Shown here in pieces: positions 32,476-42,208 of a stretch of DNA of 64,000 nt. Source of the stretch: Elusimicrobiota bacterium (GTDB taxonomy: Bacteria > CAYTYR01 > UBA6262); assembly GCA_003153935.1 (NCBI GenBank), contig PMCA01000004.1, positions 19,933 through 83,932 on the forward strand, in the 5' to 3' direction. Numbering within the stretch: position 1 is the stretch's first letter; each line of letters opens with the position of its first letter. The notes below the pieces were generated by a model. That model ran no database searches. It was not told where the DNA came from and saw only the letters and a list, made by a program, of their open reading frames with translations. The position numbers and the translations under genes were made by a program.

Positions 32476-33507
32476 ATGAAAAAATGCGTTTGGATAATTA
32501 TAATATTAATACTGATAGCCGCGATATTCGTGGCCAGAAAGAAACAGCCTGCGCTTTCTGCGGCGCCGGAGAAGAAGATCATGTTTTATCGGAACCCCAT
32601 GAATCCGGAAGTTACATCGCCGGTGCCCATGAAAGATTCCATGGGTATGGATTATGTCCCTGTTTACTCCGAGGGAGAAAAAGAGCAGGCCACTGAACCG
32701 GGAGTGTATATTAATCCGGAAAAACAGCAGTTAATAGGCATAAAAAAGTCCCTAGTGGAGAAAAGAAGGTTGATCGACCAGATAAACACCGTGGGGACGG
32801 TAGCCTATGATACTGATCTTTATGTGGCCCAGCAGGAATACCTGGAAATATTGAAATTGAACCAGGCTGACAATAATCTGATCTCCGCCTCCGAACGCAA
32901 ACTTTACCTGATGGGCATGAGCCGGGACCAGATAAAACAGCTGGCCGAGCAGGGAAAGTCGGAAGAAAATCTTTACTTGCCTGAAAACGGGGAGAAGGTA
33001 TGGATCTACCTGAGCATTCATGAATATCAAATAGGCCTGGTACATCAGGACGAAGTTATAAATGTAAAAACAGCGGCGGCACCGGGAGAGACGTTCCAGG
33101 GAAAGATATCTTCGATCAGTCCGGTGCTTGACCAGAACACCCGTGCCATACAGGTCCGGGCTGAGGTAGCCAATCCCGGACACCGGTTGAAGCCGCAAAT
33201 GTTCGTCGATGTCAAGATCGATATCGACCTGGGGATCAAGCTGGCGGTGCCGGTTACTGCGGTTGTTTATACCGGTGAACGCAATGTGGTTTATGTGGCC
33301 GGCCAGGATGGTTATTTTGCCGCCAGGGAAATAAAAGTGGGAGCCAAGACCGAGGATTATTATGAGATCCTCTCCGGATTAAAAGAGGGTGAGGAAGTAG
33401 TAACAGCCGGTAATTTCTTTGTGGATTCGGAAAGCAATTTAAAAGCCGCTACTCCTTCGACAGGTTCAGGACAAGTACCCGCGACGGACTCGGGAGCGAA
33501 CCAATAA
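32476..33507 (+). CDS. cusB: CusB-like periplasmic adaptor with Met-rich heavy-metal-binding domain
   Basis: YRNPMNP...PMKDSMGMDYVP; LKPQMF; GLKEGEEVV..GNFFVDSES. Confidence 0.88.
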   Translation: MKKCVWIIIILILIAAIFVARKKQPALSAAPEKKIMFYRNPMNPEVTSPVPMKDSMGMDYVPVYSEGEKEQATEPGVYINPEKQQLIGIKKSLVEKRRLIDQINTVGTVAYDTDLYVAQQEYLEILKLNQADNNLISASERKLYLMGMSRDQIKQLAEQGKSEENLYLPENGEKVWIYLSIHEYQIGLVHQDEVINVKTAAAPGETFQGKISSISPVLDQNTRAIQVRAEVANPGHRLKPQMFVDVKIDIDLGIKLAVPVTAVVYTGERNVVYVAGQDGYFAAREIKVGAKTEDYYEILSGLKEGEEVVTAGNFFVDSESNLKAATPSTGSGQVPATDSGANQ

Positions 33508-33517
33508 TGGAGCGATA

Positions 33518-36500
33518 ATGGGTAATTTCATCGAAAACTTAATTGATTTTTGCGCCAGGAATAAAATGGTCGTCTTGATACTGGTTGCCATGGCGGTTGT
33601 TGGCGGTATTTTCGCCATGAAAAACGTGTCCCTGGACGCTATCCCTGATCTTTCGGATACACAGGTGATCGTTTTTTCCCGCTGGGACCGGCCGCCCCAG
33701 GTGATAGAGGACCAGGTTACCTATCCAATCGTGGCCGCTTTGCTGGGCGCGCCTAATGTTAAAGATGTCCGCGGGTTCTCCGATTATGGTTTTTCCTACG
33801 TTTATGTGATCTTTGAAGACGGCACCGATGTTTACTGGGCCCGTTCCCGGGTGTTGGAATACCTGTCCAAAGTAATGCCCCAGTTGCCTCAGGGAGTACA
33901 AACAGAACTGGGTCCGGACGCTACCGGGGTGGGTTGGGTTTATGAATACGCATTGGTAGACGAGACAGGAAAACATTCTTTAGACGAGTTAACCACTTTC
34001 CAGAATTGGCACTTGAAGTACGCTTTGCAGTCCGTCAAGGGAGTAGCGGAAGTGGCCAGTGTCGGTGGTTTTACCAAACAATACCAGGTAGTTATAGATC
34101 CGAACGCGTTACATTCCTATAATATTTCCTTGAACGATGTAATAATGGATATCCAGAGATCCAACCAGGAAGCAGGCGCTCGCTTGCTGGATATATCCGG
34201 CAAAGAATATATGGTTACCATCCGCGGCTACCTGCAATCCCTGCAGGATATACAGGAAATAGTGATCAAAACCGGGACGAACGGAGTCCCAGTAAAGATT
34301 AAGGATGTAGCTACTGTACAATTAGGGCCGGATATCCGCCGGGGCGTGGCCGAGCTTGACGGCAAAGGCGAAGTAGTTGGCGGCATTGTAGTTATGCGTT
34401 ATAAGGAAAACGCGCTGAAGGTTATCGAAAGGATAAAACAAAAGCTGGCGGAGATACAATTGCCCGAAGGCGTTAAGTTGGTGGCCACTTACGATCGCTC
34501 GGATCTGATACAGCGGGCGGTAGCGACTTTAAAGAGCAAGCTTTTTGAGGAAATGCTGGTGGTGAGTATAGTCATCCTCATATTCCTGGTACATTTCCCT
34601 TCAGCCATGATCCCTATTATTACCCTGCCGATAGCCGTTATCATAGCCTTTATCCCGATGTATTTTATGGGGTTGACTTCCAATGTTATGAGCCTGGGAG
34701 GAATTGCCATCGCGGTCGGGGCCATGGTTGACGCGGCGATCGTTCTTGTGGAAAACGCCCATAAGAAGCTGACCCTTTGGGACGAAACAGGCCAACAGGG
34801 GAATTACCAGGAGGTATTGATCTCCTCAGCTAAAGAAGTGGGCCGGGCTTCTTTTTTCTCCCTATTGGTCATTGCCGTTGCTTTTTTGCCCATATTTACT
34901 TTGGAAGGGATCGAGGGCCGTTTATTTAAACCCTTAGCCTTTACCAAAACTTTCGCCATGTCCTTCGCGGCGATCCTCTCGATTACCCTGGCTCCGGCCA
35001 TTATGCTCCTGGTCATCCGCAAGAATAAAATCATATTTAAACCCCGGTGGTTATCTGCCCTGTTCAACAAGATCTTTATCGGTACCATACATTCCGAGGA
35101 TAAGCACCCGGTCAGCAGGGTGCTGTTCCGGTTGTATGAGCCGGTCGTGCATTACGTACTGAAAAATCCGAAAAAAGTAATAGGCATCGCGGTTATAGTT
35201 TTTCTGGTAACTATGCCGTTTTTCTTCAAGTTGGGGCACGAATTCATGCCGCCATTGAATGAGGGAACGATCTTATACATGCCAACCACGCCTCCGGGGA
35301 TATCGGTCACTGAAGCGACCAAGCTGCTGCAGGTACAGGATAAGGTCCTCAAAACCTTTCCGGAAGTTATCAGCGTATTCGGCAAGGCGGGCCGCGCCAA
35401 TACTTCCACTGACCCGGCGCCTTTTTCTATGATGGAAACCGTGGTGATGCTGAAGCCGCAGAATGAATGGCGGGGAGTAGCCAGGTGGTATTCTAAGATA
35501 ATCCCCGGATTTATGCAAGGTCCGTTCAAGTTGGTCTGGCCGGACAGGATGTCCTGGGATGAGCTGATCAAGGAAATGGACCAAAAATTGCAGATCCCGG
35601 GGCAGGTCAATGCCTGGACCATGCCGATCAAGGCCCGGATAGACATGCTTACCACTGGCGTGCGTACTCCCATAGGCATTAAGATCTACGGTGACGATCT
35701 GAAAGAGATCGAGACGATCGGCGCGGAGATAGAAGGTCTCCTGAGGCCGCTAAAAGGCACCAGGAGTATTTACTCGGAAAGAACCGCCGGAGGCTATTTC
35801 GTGAACTTCAACCTGAAGCGTGACGCGATCGCGCGGTACGGGTTGACCATAGCCGACGTGCAAATGACGCTGATGTCGGCGATAGGCGGAGAGAATATTA
35901 CCCAGACTATCGAAGGACGCGAGCGCTTCCCGGTCAGCATCCGCTATCCGCGTGAACTGCGCGATGACGTAGAGAAGATCAAAAAAACTTATGTTACCAG
36001 TGCCGGAGGTATCAGCATCCCCATCGCCGAGCTGGCGGAGATCACTTTACAGACCGGACCGTCAATGATCAGAGATGAGAACGGCCGTTTGGCCGGTTAT
36101 GTTTATATTGACGAAGCTGGTCGTGATATCGGCAGTTATGTTGATGAAGCCAAGAGGGTCCTTAAAGACAAGTTGACGGTGCCGGCCGGTTATTCCCTGG
36201 TATTCAGCGGCCAGTATGAATTAATGGAGCGGGTCAAAGAGCGGATGAAAGTAGTATTGCCGCTAACTATATTTATCATCTTCTTCCTGATCTACATGAA
36301 TACGCGCAGTTATGTTAAGACTTTCATTATCCTGCTGGCTGTGCCGTTTTCCCTGATCGGCGTGGTTTGGATACTGTACCTGCTGGGATACAATATGAGT
36401 ATCGGCGTCTGGACCGGTATAATCGCTTTACTGGGGGTGGACGCGGAGACCGGTATATTCATGCTCCTATATTTGGACCTGTCCTATGATGAAATGAAGA

Positions 36501-36775
36501 AAAAAGGGTTGCTCAAGACCCTGGATGACCTGAAGGAAGCAGTGATACATGGCGCGGTCAAGAGAGTCAGGCCGAAGATGATGACCGCTGCGGTATTGTT
36601 TGTCGGTTTGCTGCCGATAATGTGGGCGCAGACCCACGAGATCGGCGCTGACGTGATGAAGAGGATCGCCGCGCCCATGGTCGGCGGGATTTTCACCTCC
36701 TTCGCTATGGAGTTGATCGTTTACCCGGCGATATATTTCCTCTGGAAAAAGAAGGAATTGCGGCAGATGAAATAA
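33518..36775 (+). CDS. cusA: CusA-type Cu(I)/Ag(I) RND permease
   Basis: DAIPDLSD.QVI, VYWARSRVLEYL, EFMPPLNEG.ILYMP, DPAPFSMMET, RIDMLTTG, RVRPKMMT. Confidence 0.95.
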   Translation: MGNFIENLIDFCARNKMVVLILVAMAVVGGIFAMKNVSLDAIPDLSDTQVIVFSRWDRPPQVIEDQVTYPIVAALLGAPNVKDVRGFSDYGFSYVYVIFEDGTDVYWARSRVLEYLSKVMPQLPQGVQTELGPDATGVGWVYEYALVDETGKHSLDELTTFQNWHLKYALQSVKGVAEVASVGGFTKQYQVVIDPNALHSYNISLNDVIMDIQRSNQEAGARLLDISGKEYMVTIRGYLQSLQDIQEIVIKTGTNGVPVKIKDVATVQLGPDIRRGVAELDGKGEVVGGIVVMRYKENALKVIERIKQKLAEIQLPEGVKLVATYDRSDLIQRAVATLKSKLFEEMLVVSIVILIFLVHFPSAMIPIITLPIAVIIAFIPMYFMGLTSNVMSLGGIAIAVGAMVDAAIVLVENAHKKLTLWDETGQQGNYQEVLISSAKEVGRASFFSLLVIAVAFLPIFTLEGIEGRLFKPLAFTKTFAMSFAAILSITLAPAIMLLVIRKNKIIFKPRWLSALFNKIFIGTIHSEDKHPVSRVLFRLYEPVVHYVLKNPKKVIGIAVIVFLVTMPFFFKLGHEFMPPLNEGTILYMPTTPPGISVTEATKLLQVQDKVLKTFPEVISVFGKAGRANTSTDPAPFSMMETVVMLKPQNEWRGVARWYSKIIPGFMQGPFKLVWPDRMSWDELIKEMDQKLQIPGQVNAWTMPIKARIDMLTTGVRTPIGIKIYGDDLKEIETIGAEIEGLLRPLKGTRSIYSERTAGGYFVNFNLKRDAIARYGLTIADVQMTLMSAIGGENITQTIEGRERFPVSIRYPRELRDDVEKIKKTYVTSAGGISIPIAELAEITLQTGPSMIRDENGRLAGYVYIDEAGRDIGSYVDEAKRVLKDKLTVPAGYSLVFSGQYELMERVKERMKVVLPLTIFIIFFLIYMNTRSYVKTFIILLAVPFSLIGVVWILYLLGYNMSIGVWTGIIALLGVDAETGIFMLLYLDLSYDEMKKKGLLKTLDDLKEAVIHGAVKRVRPKMMTAAVLFVGLLPIMWAQTHEIGADVMKRIAAPMVGGIFTSFAMELIVYPAIYFLWKKKELRQMK

Positions 36776-36859
36776 GTCAATAAAAAGGGGAAAGCGCTAA
36801 TTTACTTGCCGCTCACACAGCTATATAATAAAATTACCAAACATTTAAGGAGGTAAGCG

Positions 36860-37258
36860 ATGAAGAAGCTAATGGCCCTGTTTTTATCAGTATTTATAGC
36901 AACAACAGTAATGGCCGCGACTAAGCCGGCACCTGTTGCCCCGGTTTTATCGGGCACTATGGTAAATGGCGTAAGAGTGATAACCGTAGCGGCCAAAAAA
37001 TATGAGTTCATTCCTAACCCCATAGTGGTAAATGTAGGGGAGAAGGTTTTGCTGAAGATCACCGCTACTGATGTCGATCATGGTATTGGCATAAAAGAGT
37101 TCAAGATCGAACAGAAATTACCCAAAGGTTCGGAGCAAGCGATAGGGTTTACCCCTGATAAAACAGGTACTTTCACTATCAACTGCACCGAGTGGTGCGG
37201 GCTGGGCCATATGGCGATGAAAGGCAAATTTATCGTACTTCCGGTCATAAAGAAGTAA
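36860..37258 (+). CDS. Exported cupredoxin with CuA-type ligand set
   Basis: Signal peptide; DVDHG...CTEWCGLGHMAM. Confidence 0.85.
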   Translation: MKKLMALFLSVFIATTVMAATKPAPVAPVLSGTMVNGVRVITVAAKKYEFIPNPIVVNVGEKVLLKITATDVDHGIGIKEFKIEQKLPKGSEQAIGFTPDKTGTFTINCTEWCGLGHMAMKGKFIVLPVIKK

Positions 37259-37264
37259 ATTGAG

Positions 37265-37296
37265 AAAAAGAGGGTACTTACGGGTATCCTCTTTTT
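37265..37296 (+). terminator. Intrinsic terminator
   Basis: AAAAAGAGGGTAC / GTATCCTCTTTTT. Confidence 0.8.
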
Positions 37297-37305
37297 AAGA
37301 AAATT

Positions 37306-37338
37306 ATAGTTGACAATATTAGTCATATATAGTATAAT
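37306..37338 (+). promoter_or_regulatory. Consensus promoter overlapped by a type-1 IscR-like box
   Basis: TTGACA (37310)-N17-TATAAT (37333); ATAGTTGACAATATTAGTCATATAT (37306-37330) resembles the E. coli type-1 motif ATASYYGACTRWWWYAGTCRRSTAT. Confidence 0.8.
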
Positions 37339-37344
37339 ATTTTT

Positions 37345-37752
37345 ATGCTAAAGATATCTACAAGGTGCCGCTATGGCATGATGGCCATGGCGGAGCTGGC
37401 AAAAAATTATAAAGGTGAGCCGCTGTCGGCCGGGGAAATGGTTCGCCGGCACCGTATTCCCAGGTTCTACCTGGAGCAGTTACTGGTAAAGCTGAGGCGG
37501 CACGGCTTGATCGAAAGCATCCGCGGTCCGCAGGGTGGCTTCAACTTGAAAAAGGATCCGGCCAAAATAACGATCGGGGAGATAATAAGCTCACTGGAAG
37601 GGCCACTGGACCTAGTATCCTGTGCCGGCCTGAACAAAGGTAAATCCTGCTGGAAGATCAATAGCTGCTTGACCAGATCGATATGGCTAGACCTAAATGA
37701 AGCGGTAAATAAAGTTTTGCAGAAGAAAACTCTGGCTGACCTGATAAAATAG
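37345..37752 (+). CDS. iscR: IscR-like Rrf2 regulator
   Basis: YLEQL...S.RGPQGG; three Cys (C..C..C); precedes cysteine desulfurase. Confidence 0.8.
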   Translation: MLKISTRCRYGMMAMAELAKNYKGEPLSAGEMVRRHRIPRFYLEQLLVKLRRHGLIESIRGPQGGFNLKKDPAKITIGEIISSLEGPLDLVSCAGLNKGKSCWKINSCLTRSIWLDLNEAVNKVLQKKTLADLIK

Positions 37753-37765
37753 AAACGAGGAAATC

Positions 37766-38941
37766 ATGGACATCAAGAAAAGATATTTTGACTATGCAGC
37801 TACTACGCCGATGCATCCGGAAGTAACTAAGGCTATGCAGCCGTTTTTGGAAGAGAAATTCGGCAACCCATCCAGCATCCATTCTTTCGGCCAAGAAGCC
37901 AAAGCGGCAATAACGGAAGCTCGGGATGTGATCGCCGCAACCATCAAAGCTAAGAGCGAAGAGATCGTCTTTACCAGCGGAGGCACGGAAGCGGACAATT
38001 TCGTCCTGGCCGGGGTGCTGGAAGCCATGGCGAAAAAAGGCAACCATATCATAACTGATACCGTAGAACATCACGCTATCCTGGAAACCTGCCGGTTCAT
38101 GGAAAAACATCGCGGCGCCAAGGTTACTTATATACCGGTAGATAAAACCGGTCTGGTAGACCCGCAGGACATAAAAAAAGCTATTACCAAAGAGACCGTG
38201 CTTATTTCCGTAATGCATGCCAATAATGAGATCGGCACTATAGAACCTATAGCGGAGATCGGTAAAATAGCGCGGGAGGCGGGCGTGTATTTCCATACCG
38301 ACGCCGTGCAAACCTTCGGCAGCCTGGATATCGACGTGGAAAAACTGAATGTGGACTTTCTCTCCGCCAGCGCCCATAAACTTTATGGCCCGAAAGGTAT
38401 CGGCCTGCTGTATGTGCGTAAGGGAGCGCGTATTTTGCCGCTTTTACATGGCGGTGAGCAGGAGAGAAGGCGCCGGGCCTCAACGGAGAACGTTCCGGGT
38501 ATAGTCGGTTTCAGCAAAGCGGTGCAGTTAGCGGAGCAGGAGCGCCAGGAACGCAACGAGCACCTGATAAAAATGCGCGATAAGTTGATCAAAGGGATAC
38601 TGGACAGCATCGAGGAGACGCAACTGAACGGTCATCCGCAGTTACGACTGCCTAATAACGTAAATGTGACCCCTAAATACGTAGAAGGGGAATCGATGCT
38701 CCTTAATCTGGACCTGGAAGGCATCGCCGCTTCAACCGGCTCCGCCTGTTCCAGCGGTTCGCTGGAGCCGTCGCATGTCTTAAAGGCGATAGGCATCAAC
38801 CCAGAGATAGCCCATTCCAGTCTGCGGTTCAGCCTGGGCCGGCTGAATACGGATGAGGATGTAGATTATCTGCTGGAAGTTTTACCGCGGATAGTGAAAA
38901 CTTTGCGGGAAATGTCCCCGTTGTATAAGAAGAAAAAATAG
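37766..38941 (+). CDS. iscS: Cysteine desulfurase
   Basis: YFDYAATTP, FTSGGTE, HTDAVQ, SAHKLYGPKG, STGSACSS. Confidence 0.96.
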   Translation: MDIKKRYFDYAATTPMHPEVTKAMQPFLEEKFGNPSSIHSFGQEAKAAITEARDVIAATIKAKSEEIVFTSGGTEADNFVLAGVLEAMAKKGNHIITDTVEHHAILETCRFMEKHRGAKVTYIPVDKTGLVDPQDIKKAITKETVLISVMHANNEIGTIEPIAEIGKIAREAGVYFHTDAVQTFGSLDIDVEKLNVDFLSASAHKLYGPKGIGLLYVRKGARILPLLHGGEQERRRRASTENVPGIVGFSKAVQLAEQERQERNEHLIKMRDKLIKGILDSIEETQLNGHPQLRLPNNVNVTPKYVEGESMLLNLDLEGIAASTGSACSSGSLEPSHVLKAIGINPEIAHSSLRFSLGRLNTDEDVDYLLEVLPRIVKTLREMSPLYKKKK

Positions 38942-38965
38942 GTTTGCAATGACAAAGGAGGATTT

Positions 38966-39193
38966 ATGAAAGAAAAAGTGAAAAAAAGCCTGGAAAAGAT
39001 AGCCAAGATGCTGGGCTCAGATGGCGGTAGCGTGGAGCTGGTAGAAATTGACGAGGCCAAAGGCTTAGTTAAAGTAAGATTACTGGGTGCCTGCCAGGGC
39101 TGTCCCATGAGCGCCATGACCTTGAAGAATGGTATCGAAAGGATACTGAAGGAAGATGTTCCGGAAGTTAAGACAGTCGAGTCCGTAGATTAA
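38966..39193 (+). CDS. Nfu/NifU-C Fe-S carrier
   Basis: DGG.VEL, GACQGCPMS..TLKNGIE. Confidence 0.92.
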   Translation: MKEKVKKSLEKIAKMLGSDGGSVELVEIDEAKGLVKVRLLGACQGCPMSAMTLKNGIERILKEDVPEVKTVESVD

Positions 39194-39232
39194 CGAAGGT
39201 AAACAATTGTTGAAGATCAGGAGGTGATCGCT

Positions 39233-39304
39233 ATGACAGCCAGAGTTTCCAAAAAGTATTTCTTGCGCCCGACCGCTCACTGCTGCGGCGGGAAATGTAG
39301 TTAG
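39233..39304 (+). CDS. Putative 23-aa Cys-rich peptide MTARVSKKYFLRPTAHCCGGKCS
   Basis: Below the ORF-track cutoff; AGGAGGTG SD (39219-39226) 6 nt before ATG. Confidence 0.6.
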   Translation: MTARVSKKYFLRPTAHCCGGKCS

Positions 39305-39329
39305 CCCCGAGCAGGGCGTTAAAAGGCTT

Positions 39330-39358
39330 ACCCGCTCCGACTTAACATCGGAGCGGGT
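39330..39358 (+). terminator. GC-rich hairpin (terminator/attenuator-like) before nadA
   Basis: ACCCGCTCCGA / TCGGAGCGGGT, 11-bp perfect stem; weak U tail. Confidence 0.55.
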
Positions 39359-39381
39359 CTCTATTCTAAAAAGGGGATAGC

Positions 39382-40305
39382 ATGCCCATACCGCGCTTAA
39401 ACAAAGAAATAAGGGAGATTGCCGCCAGAAAAGGGGCGGTCATATTGGCTCATAACTATCAATTGCCGGAAGTACAGGACGTGGCTGATTTTGTCGGCGA
39501 TTCGCTGGAGCTGAGCATCAAGGCCGGGGAAACTAAGGCGGAGATCATTATCTTTTGCGGCGTGAACTTCATGGCGGAAACCGCGGCGATAATTTCGCCG
39601 CAGAAAAAGGTGCTGATACCGGATTATACCGCCGGTTGCCCGATGGCCAACATGATCAACGCCGAGAATGTCCGGGAACTGAAAAGACAACATCCCGGGG
39701 CCAAGGTGGTATGTTATGTTAATTCGACCGCGGCGGTTAAAGCCGAAAGCGATATTTGCTGCACCAGCGCCAACGCGGTGAAAGTGGTTAATTCGCTGAA
39801 GGACACGGAAGAGATTATATTCATTCCCGATAAAAACCTGGGTAGTTACGTGCAGAGCAAAGTACCTAAGAAGAAGTTCATTATCTGGGAAGGTTTTTGC
39901 CCGACCCACGCCCGTATATTAAAGGACGATATCTACCGCGCCAAAGATAAACATTCGCAAGCCAAGGTCATGGTACATCCGGAGTGCCGGCCGGAAGTCA
40001 TAGCGCTGGCCGACCTGGTCGCTTCCACCAGCGGCATGAGCAAGTTCGCCCGGGAAACGGAAGCTAAAGAGATCATCATTGGCACGGAAGTAGGGATGTT
40101 ATACCGCCTGCAAAAAGAAAATCCGGATAAAAATTTCTATCCGGCCTCCTCCCAAGCTATCTGCCCTAATATGAAATTGACTACGCTTGATAAAATATTC
40201 TGGTCACTTCAGGACCTGGTTTACCCGGTAGTGGTGGAAGAACCCATCCGCAGCCGGGCTAAAATGGCCATTGAACGAATGATCGCCCTCTCCAAACAGG
40301 ATTGA
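39382..40305 (+). CDS. nadA: Quinolinate synthase
   Basis: ILAHNYQ, GDSLEL, FCGVNFMAE, AGCPMA, YVNS, CTSAN, HPEC, CPNMK. Confidence 0.96.
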   Translation: MPIPRLNKEIREIAARKGAVILAHNYQLPEVQDVADFVGDSLELSIKAGETKAEIIIFCGVNFMAETAAIISPQKKVLIPDYTAGCPMANMINAENVRELKRQHPGAKVVCYVNSTAAVKAESDICCTSANAVKVVNSLKDTEEIIFIPDKNLGSYVQSKVPKKKFIIWEGFCPTHARILKDDIYRAKDKHSQAKVMVHPECRPEVIALADLVASTSGMSKFARETEAKEIIIGTEVGMLYRLQKENPDKNFYPASSQAICPNMKLTTLDKIFWSLQDLVYPVVVEEPIRSRAKMAIERMIALSKQD

Positions 40306-40316
40306 ACCCATGGCCC

Positions 40317-40748
40317 TTAAAGCGCCTTGTCTTTCTGGCTATCAGTTATCTTTTCATAGATCAAAACCACTGCGATACAAGCCAACGGCGTTGCTACCAA
40401 CCCGGTCATCAACCAGGACAGGATCAACTTAGTATCCACGCTGGTATTATAGGTGATCAGCAATGGCGGCACCGTTATCGCCCATAAAAGAACCCCCAGG
40501 AAAAACCCTTTCACCACGCCTTTACCCGGAATGCCATGCTGCAGAACCGTGAACATCAAAGCGTATATCAAGCCGCTGGAAAAATTACCCAGCAAAGTTT
40601 GCACCAACCAGACATTGCTCAAGGGTTTTAACAACTCAGGTGTCTGCGCGTAAAAGCTTTTAAACAGGATCGTGAACAGGGCGTTGATAAAATAAGAAAC
40701 TGTCGCTACGACTATGCCGGCCAGCAGCCATTTCGCTATGTTCTTCAT
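40317..40748 (-). CDS. Small 4-TM membrane protein of unknown function, last gene of the pst run
   Basis: Four hydrophobic segments, KGFFLG; 4-nt overlap with phoU. Confidence 0.7.
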   Translation of the reverse strand: MKNIAKWLLAGIVVATVSYFINALFTILFKSFYAQTPELLKPLSNVWLVQTLLGNFSSGLIYALMFTVLQHGIPGKGVVKGFFLGVLLWAITVPPLLITYNTSVDTKLILSWLMTGLVATPLACIAVVLIYEKITDSQKDKAL

Positions 40749-41437
40749 TTACTTCCTCCGTTCTGTTTTTCATGCAGGATTTCCAGGTGGTGTTTAACTA
40801 CCTTACCTTCTACCATAAAAATGACATCTTCGCAAATGTTTGTTGTATGATCGCAGATTCTTTCCAAATGCCGGGCCACCAGTAACAGGGCTACGGCCCG
40901 AGGAGCAGTGGAGGGATCTTTGGCGATATAGTCATTGATCAATTCCGATTGGACCAGGTTGCGTAAATTATCAGCCTCAGAATCGCGGAGAATTACTTTC
41001 CTGGCTAATTCCACGTCCTTGCGCACGAAAGCGTCGATAGCTTCCTTGACCATGGTTTGGGCCAGGGCTGCCAGCTTGGGGATATCGATCAGGGGTTTCA
41101 ACTGGGGTTTGTCTGCTAGCTGCAAAACCCTCTGGGCGATATCTACAGCCAGATCGGCGATTCGTTCCAGGTCGGTGGAGATCTTCATAGCCATGGTTAC
41201 GAAACGCAGATCTATAGCCATGGGCTGGTGCAGTGCCAGCAGGTCCAGGCACTTCTCATCAATAGCCAGTTCTAGCTCGTCGATCTTTTTGTCATCGGTG
41301 ATAACTTGTTCAGCCTGCTCGGCGCTGCGGGCTTTCAAGGCTTCTACCGATTTCAGGATCGACTCCTCGGTCAATCCGCCCATGCGCAGTATTTCCTTGT
41401 TCAGATCAGCCAGTTCTTCATCAAAATGTCTTTGCAT
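40745..41437 (-). CDS. phoU: Phosphate signalling protein PhoU
   Basis: QPMAIDLR, DLERIAD, LERICDH..NI.E. Confidence 0.95.
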   Translation of the reverse strand: MQRHFDEELADLNKEILRMGGLTEESILKSVEALKARSAEQAEQVITDDKKIDELELAIDEKCLDLLALHQPMAIDLRFVTMAMKISTDLERIADLAVDIAQRVLQLADKPQLKPLIDIPKLAALAQTMVKEAIDAFVRKDVELARKVILRDSEADNLRNLVQSELINDYIAKDPSTAPRAVALLLVARHLERICDHTTNICEDVIFMVEGKVVKHHLEILHEKQNGGSK

Positions 41438-41455
41438 TGTACCCTCCAGTTTTTA

Positions 41456-42208
41456 TTATCCGAATCGTCCGGTCAAATAGTCTTCCGTGCGCGAGTCCTT
41501 CGGGCTGGTGAATATCTGGTTGGTTTCGCCGAACTCCACCAGCTCACCCAGCAGAAAATAACCTGTATACTCCGATACCCGCGCGGCTTGCTGCATATTA
41601 TGCGTCACGATGATTATGGTATATTGTTTCTTGAGTTCGTACATCAGGTCTTCGATCTTGGCCGTGGACATAGGGTCCAGGGCGGAGCAGGGCTCATCCA
41701 TCAGCAGGACCTCGGGTTCAACGACCGCTAAGCGCGCGATACACAGCCGCTGCTGCTGCTCACCGGAAAGAGTCAGGGCGTTTTGATCCAGCTTATCCTT
41801 GACCTCGTCCCACAGATGCACCGATTCCAAACTCCACTGCAATTTCTGTTCCATAATTTTTTTATCCAGGATACCATGGACCCGTAAACCGTAAACAACA
41901 TTATCATAAATGCTTAAAGGAAAGGGATTGGGTCTCTGGAAGACCATGCCCACCTTTTTGCGCAGGGCCAGCAGGTCAACGTCACTACCATAGATATCGT
42001 TACCGCTTATCTTTACCGAACCGCTGATACGGACGTCATCGATCAGGTCGTTCATGCGGTTAAGCGTGCGCAAAAAAGTGGATTTGCCGCAGCCGGAAGG
42101 CCCGATCAGGGCAGTGATCTTCTGCTTCTCTATCCTCAGGGTAATTTCCTTCAAAGCCTGGAAATTACCGTAAAAGAGGTTTAGTTTGTTTACTTCAATA
42201 ATGCTCAT
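41456..42208 (-). CDS. pstB: Phosphate ABC ATPase with altered signature (LSGEQ)
   Basis: [47 protein letters not shown]. Confidence 0.93.
   Translation of the reverse strand: MSIIEVNKLNLFYGNFQALKEITLRIEKQKITALIGPSGCGKSTFLRTLNRMNDLIDDVRISGSVKISGNDIYGSDVDLLALRKKVGMVFQRPNPFPLSIYDNVVYGLRVHGILDKKIMEQKLQWSLESVHLWDEVKDKLDQNALTLSGEQQQRLCIARLAVVEPEVLLMDEPCSALDPMSTAKIEDLMYELKKQYTIIIVTHNMQQAARVSEYTGYFLLGELVEFGETNQIFTSPKDSRTEDYLTGRFG

Noticed and set aside
37658-38377. Long antisense ORFs (also 18551-19177, 61533-62168, 49728-50312)
   Set aside because: They shadow well-supported genes and show no recognisable motifs.
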